Assembly (NCBI GenBank): GCA_022425325.1
Contig: JAKMFW010000047.1
Location: 7,608-71,607 of the forward strand
Origin: Acidimicrobiales bacterium
GTDB lineage: Bacteria > Actinomycetota > Acidimicrobiia > Acidimicrobiales > Aldehydirespiratoraceae
Direction: 5' to 3'
Length of the DNA: 64,000 bases
Within the stretch, counting starts at the first letter, position 1, and every line of letters starts with the position of its first letter. A model generated the notes under the pieces. The model was not told the origin of the DNA, searched no databases, and saw nothing but the letters and a program-made list of their open reading frames with translations. Both the position numbers and the translations under genes were made by a program. Positions 58,189-64,000 of this stretch are shown here, piece after piece.

Positions 58189-59636
58189 CGAGTGATCTCC
58201 TTCGTCGTGCAGACACTACCTTTCGGCGGTGGAACCCAGCCACTGAAGGCCATCGAGAACAGGCCGGTCGCCCCGCCGGCGTGCACCACGTGGATGCCCC
58301 CCGGCCAGAACTTGCCGATCGTGTTGCCTGCGAACGCTTCGGGCAGGCCTTCGTCGATGCCGTCGGCGCCTCGGATCAGATCGTCGGTGTCCAGCTGGAG
58401 ATGGGAGTCCAGTTCGGCGAGGAACCGGGCTCGATCCCAGCCGGCGTCCCGGAACCGGGACATGTGCTCGGGGCCGATCACGAGCAGGGTCTCCATCATC
58501 GCCATCTTCGGGGCGAGGTTGGTCTTGAGAGAGTTGGCGAAATGCTTTGTGAGCGACTCCGGCGTGCGGGAGAGCTGATCGACGAAGACCTGCGGTCCGC
58601 CGCCGCACCAGACAGTGACGGTCGACTGGTCGGCGTCGAAACCTCGGCTTTCGGCGAGCGAGGTCCACGGCGAGCCGACCTCGTCCTCGGCGAACGCAAG
58701 ACCGATCTTGTGAGGGCTGCCGTGTGCCGAGCGGTCGACACCCCCGGGCTTGCCTCCGCCGACGTTGCGCACGACGAGTTGCACGGCCCGGCCGATCGTG
58801 GCATTGGCCCGGTTGCCTTGGCCGAGCACGTTGCCGCCGGAGTTCATGCCGATCTCCCGGGCGATCGGCCCGTTGACGATGATGATGGGGCCGACATCCA
58901 TCGTCGTGGCGAGCACACCGTGCATGTTGAAGTCGTCGGTGCAGATCGCCTCGACCGCGGCGATCACGACCGGCAGGTAGTCGGGCCGGCAACCGGCCAT
59001 CACGGCATTGATCGCGATCTTCTCGACGGTCACGTCGGCGAGGTCCGGTGGCACGACGGCCACGATCTCGTCGGGGGCGCGGGTGGTGCCCTCGAGCATC
59101 CGAAGGACGCGGGCTTCGGTGGGGGGAACGACGGGCAGGCCGTCGGACCAGTCCCGGTCGTAGAGGGCCTCCCACTCGTCTTCGAGGGCGGCGATCTCGA
59201 CCCGCCGGCTGCACATCGTCGAGCCGGAGAACCGCACGGCGAGTTCGTCGGTGCGATTCGGATCGACACTCAGTGAGCCGCAACCGGGACGCCAGTCGGG
59301 CAGATCAGCACCCAGGTCGTTGATCCCCGTGAAGGCCTCCCAGTCGTCGCGCTTCCAGCCTTCGAGCCGTTCGGTCGGTTCGCCGTCGACGACGCGCAGC
59401 AGGGTCGGCACGGTGTCGATGTCGTGGAACCACGAATAGGCGAGATCGTGGTCGTGTACGACCCAGTCCGCCGCCTGCGGGAACGCCGCATTGTCCTGGG
59501 TGATCGTGGTCATCGACGCACGGTCCGCAAGATCGGCCAGTACGGGCGCGACGAGCACACAGGTCGGGCAGTCCTCCTTGACGATCGCGACGAGGCCGTC
59601 GGGCAGCAGCGGTTTGGCAGTGGTGATCTCGGCCAT
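58185..59636 (-). CDS. Thioredoxin-like domain (CPTC) fused to UGSC-associated domain
   Basis: KEDCPTC...IDTVPTL N-terminal domain; WSDGLPVVPPT, TVEKIAINAVMAGCRP, RANATIGRA; 4-nt overlap with the UGSC start. Confidence 0.88.
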   Translation of the reverse strand: MAEITTAKPLLPDGLVAIVKEDCPTCVLVAPVLADLADRASMTTITQDNAAFPQAADWVVHDHDLAYSWFHDIDTVPTLLRVVDGEPTERLEGWKRDDWEAFTGINDLGADLPDWRPGCGSLSVDPNRTDELAVRFSGSTMCSRRVEIAALEDEWEALYDRDWSDGLPVVPPTEARVLRMLEGTTRAPDEIVAVVPPDLADVTVEKIAINAVMAGCRPDYLPVVIAAVEAICTDDFNMHGVLATTMDVGPIIIVNGPIAREIGMNSGGNVLGQGNRANATIGRAVQLVVRNVGGGKPGGVDRSAHGSPHKIGLAFAEDEVGSPWTSLAESRGFDADQSTVTVWCGGGPQVFVDQLSRTPESLTKHFANSLKTNLAPKMAMMETLLVIGPEHMSRFRDAGWDRARFLAELDSHLQLDTDDLIRGADGIDEGLPEAFAGNTIGKFWPGGIHVVHAGGATGLFSMAFSGWVPPPKGSVCTTKEITR

Positions 59637-59726
59637 GGTGTGCATCGTCGCACACTGCACCGGCCCGTGAGATATGCGTCACACGCCCTTCACCTCGGCG
59701 TGCACGCTCACTACCGTTCACCCCCC

Positions 59727-60587
59727 ATGGGGGACGCAGCGCACGCGGTCAACATCGCATTCCACGGTGTCCGGGGTTCGACCCCGTGTTGTTGCCCGAC
59801 GTTGCAGCGTTATGGCGGCAACACCTCGTGTGTTTCGATCGAGTCCGAAGGCGCCGATCCGATCGTCCTCGACTGCGGCACCGGGATTCGCATGTTCGGA
59901 GCATCGCTCGCCGACGAGGCGTGCGAGGTCGATGTGCTCGTCACCCACCTGCACTGGGACCATGTCCAAGGGCTGCCCTTCTTCGCGCCGCTGAAGTTTC
60001 CCGACACCCGTTTCACTGTCTACGGCCCGGGCGAGAATGGGGAGAGCTTCGGAGCGTCCTTCAGCCGGTTCATGACCCCGCCCTTCTTCCCGGTCGAAAC
60101 CGCGCAGCTGTCGGCCACGATCACGTTCGACGAGGCACTCGATCGCGAGTTCCGACTCGGCGACACCGACGTGATGGCGCGACCGGTCCCGCACACCGGC
60201 ACCACCGCCGGATTCCGGGTGACCCGCAATGGCGTGTCGGTCGCCTATATCCCCGACCATCAGGAGCCGATCGACGACCCGACCCATGTGGCACCGTCGG
60301 TCCTCGAGTTGTGTCGCGGTGTCGACGTGCTCATCCACGATGCGCAGTTCACCGCCGACGAGCTCGCAGCCAAGGCCGACTGGGGCCACTCGACTCCGGA
60401 ATACGCGGTCGAGGTCGCTCGGCAAGCCGGTGTGAAGATGCTGGTGCTGTTCCACCACGATCCGGCCCATGACGACGACATGGTCGACGAGATCGCCCAG
60501 CGCATGGCCGAACTCGCCGCCGACGACCCCTTCGAGGTGATTGCGGCGGCTGAAGGCCTGAAGCTCACCCTCGCTGCCCAGCGCTGA
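59727..60587 (+). CDS. MBL-fold metallohydrolase (RNase Z/phosphodiesterase-like)
   Basis: GVRGS...YGGNTSC, LDCGTG, THLHWDHVQG, IHDAQF, WGHST, LFHHDP. Confidence 0.92.
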   Translation: MGDAAHAVNIAFHGVRGSTPCCCPTLQRYGGNTSCVSIESEGADPIVLDCGTGIRMFGASLADEACEVDVLVTHLHWDHVQGLPFFAPLKFPDTRFTVYGPGENGESFGASFSRFMTPPFFPVETAQLSATITFDEALDREFRLGDTDVMARPVPHTGTTAGFRVTRNGVSVAYIPDHQEPIDDPTHVAPSVLELCRGVDVLIHDAQFTADELAAKADWGHSTPEYAVEVARQAGVKMLVLFHHDPAHDDDMVDEIAQRMAELAADDPFEVIAAAEGLKLTLAAQR

Positions 60588-60723
60588 TCCTCCCGCCGCT
60601 CCGAAGGGCTGATCACGGCCCTCGCCGACACTGACCCGACGGCAAACGGCACGGTGCGCCCCGTTGTGGGCGCTACCGTACGCGGGCAAGACGAGGGCCG
60701 GGTGGCCTGCAGCGAGGTGTGCA

Positions 60724-61203
60724 ATGACGATCGATCCCGCCGACTTCCGCAAGGTGCTCGGACACTTCCCGACCGGCGTGATGGTCGTGACCGGTGCGAC
60801 CGACGAGGGGCCGGCGGGCATGGCGATCGGTTCGTTCGCTAGTGTCTCGCTCGAGCCGCCGCTCGTGATGTTCTGCGCAGGCTCGTCGTCGGGCACCTGG
60901 CAGGCCATCAAGGAGACGGGCGCCTTCTGCGCCAACATCCTCGGTGAGGACCAAAAGGACACCTGCGGCGTGTTCGCGATGCCCTCCGATGATCGCTTCG
61001 CCGGCATCGACTGGACCACTGCCGTTACCGGTTCGCCGGTGCTGCCCGGCGTGGTCGGCTACATCGATTGCGAGATCCACGCCATCCACGACGGCGGCGA
61101 CCACGACATCGTTGTCGGCCTCGTAAAGGAGATGGCGGTCACCGGCGAGCAGGGTCCGCTGTTGTTCTTCCAGGGCGGCTACGGAACATACGAGGCGATG
61201 TGA
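60724..61203 (+). CDS. Flavin reductase (HpaC/RutF family)
   Basis: FRKVLGHFPTGV, SVSLEPPLV, GGDHDIVVG, PLLFFQG. Confidence 0.93.
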   Translation: MTIDPADFRKVLGHFPTGVMVVTGATDEGPAGMAIGSFASVSLEPPLVMFCAGSSSGTWQAIKETGAFCANILGEDQKDTCGVFAMPSDDRFAGIDWTTAVTGSPVLPGVVGYIDCEIHAIHDGGDHDIVVGLVKEMAVTGEQGPLLFFQGGYGTYEAM

Positions 61204-61721
61204 TGGCGGTCTACGCGCTCGGCGACCTCATCCCCGAGATCCACGAGACGGCGTATGTCCACCCGGACGCGACCGTCATCGGCAATGTCGTCCTCGGTGC
61301 GGGCTCGTCGGTGTGGCCTCAGGCTGTGATCCGCGGCGACGACGGCCCGATCGTCATCGGAGAGAACACATCGATCCAGGACGGTGCCGTCATCCACACC
61401 ACGGCGTTCACGCCGACGAAGATCGGCAGCAATGTCACGGTCGGTCACCTTGCCCACCTCGAGGGATGCATCGTGCACGACTGGGCGCTCGTCGGTTCCG
61501 GTTCGATCGTGTTGCACAATGCCGTCATTCATGAGCATGCGCTCGTCGGCGGTGCAGCGATGGTCCCGGGTGGGGTGGAGGTGCCGCGGTGCTCGATGGC
61601 ACTCGGTGTCCCCGCCAAGATCCGCGAGGGTGTGCTCGACGAGTTCCACGCCCGCCTGAACGTCGATGCGTATGTTGCTCGTGGCGAGCAATTCCGCACC
61701 GAAATGCGACGCATCGACTGA
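61203..61721 (+). CDS. Gamma carbonic anhydrase family (hexapeptide repeat)
   Basis: AYVHPDATVIGNV, IRGD, IQDGAVIH, VGHLAHLEGC. Confidence 0.93.
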   Translation: MAVYALGDLIPEIHETAYVHPDATVIGNVVLGAGSSVWPQAVIRGDDGPIVIGENTSIQDGAVIHTTAFTPTKIGSNVTVGHLAHLEGCIVHDWALVGSGSIVLHNAVIHEHALVGGAAMVPGGVEVPRCSMALGVPAKIREGVLDEFHARLNVDAYVARGEQFRTEMRRID

Positions 61722-61850
61722 GGCATTCGAGCGGCTGAATTTGCCTGCCCCGACTGTCGAGAAGCCGATGCGAGTTGTTACTATCGGCGTAGTGTTAATT
61801 GCCGACGGTTCACTCGGCACCCCTCGCACACTTCGCTGAAAGGCACCTCC

Positions 61851-63254
<1,404 letters not shown>

Positions 63255-63289
63255 CGGCCGGTGGGAGAGTTGCCTCCTCGGGTCGGGTC

Positions 63290-63826
63290 ATGACCATTCC
63301 CGGCGAATGGATCGTTCACGGCGAACGGACGATCTACGACTCCGAGTGGATGTCGCTGCGCCTCGTCGACGTCGAGACGCCGTCGGGGAATCGCTTCGAC
63401 CACCATGTGGCCCGCATTCCCGCCGAGGCAGCGGCGACGCTCGTCGTCGTGGAGCGGCGTGTCCTGATGATCTGGCGGCACCGGTTCGTCACCGACACCT
63501 GGTGCTGGGAGCTCCCGGCGGGCCGGATCGACCCGGGTGAGACCGTCGCGCAGGCTGCCGCACGTGAGTGTCTCGAGGAGACCGGCTGGCAGCCCGGGCC
63601 CACCACACCGTTTCTTTCCTGGCACCCGGCGAACGGCTCCGTCGATTTGACCTTCCACGTCGAGCGGGCGACGGAGGCCCACCATGTCGGTGACCCGACC
63701 GAACTCGACGAAGCAGCAGCGATCGAGTGGATCCCGCTCGACAACATTCCGGCTCTCATCCGCAGTGGCCACGTCAACGATGGCTTCACGCTCACCCCAC
63801 TGCTTGCCGAACTCGCCGGGCTCTGA
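63290..63826 (+). CDS. NUDIX hydrolase
   Basis: Nudix box WELPAGRIDPGETVAQAAARECLEETG. Confidence 0.92.
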   Translation: MTIPGEWIVHGERTIYDSEWMSLRLVDVETPSGNRFDHHVARIPAEAAATLVVVERRVLMIWRHRFVTDTWCWELPAGRIDPGETVAQAAARECLEETGWQPGPTTPFLSWHPANGSVDLTFHVERATEAHHVGDPTELDEAAAIEWIPLDNIPALIRSGHVNDGFTLTPLLAELAGL

Positions 63827-63862
63827 TGCCCGAGGTGGCACAGGAAACGCCACAATGGACTC

Positions 63863-64000
63863 ATGCCGATGCGTCAGGACTGCAAGTACTTCGAATCCCG
63901 GAGCTACCCCAACGGGGACACTGTCCGGAAGTGTGATCTCGACTTGGCGCCCGAGGCCCCGTGGCGGTGCCCGGACGACTGCGCGAAGTACACCAGGCGC
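63863..64000 (+). CDS. Small Cys-rich hypothetical protein, runs off the window
   Basis: Manual translation MPMRQDCKYFESRSYPNGDTVRKCDLDLAPEAPWRCPDDCAKYTRR... Confidence 0.7.
   Translation, partial: MPMRQDCKYFESRSYPNGDTVRKCDLDLAPEAPWRCPDDCAKYTRR

Overview
High-GC actinobacterial chromosome segment, probably Acidimicrobiia judging from gene content and conserved hypotheticals (inference). It holds about 60 mostly metabolic and housekeeping genes and one tRNA-Leu(TAA). I saw no integrase, transposase, phage or CRISPR elements. The main hidden signal is four genes that the ORF track splits or truncates at an in-frame TGA sitting exactly on a redox-motif cysteine position, i.e. probable selenoproteins: a DsbA/FrnE protein (SDFL-U-PWC), an Rdx/SelW protein (C-V-P-U) and two UGSC proteins. 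Each UGSC gene is translationally coupled to a paralogous uncharacterised partner, one of which carries a fused thioredoxin domain. The UGSC motif region resembles the GrdB/PrdB selenoprotein active site, suggesting an undescribed two-component Sec-dependent reductase. Other notable items: (1) an NPN-cofactor operon without larA and with larC split and reordered (larC2-larE-larB-larC1); (2) a butyrobetaine/carnitine catabolic cluster; (3) pervasive leaderless-type promoters, including 14-18 bp divergent intergenic regions; (4) a candidate sRNA of about 105 nt; (5) an XRE plus HBHA-like gene pair; (6) a sortase E with a LANTG substrate; (7) an orphan sufB. All family assignments come from motif recognition by eye, not database searches.
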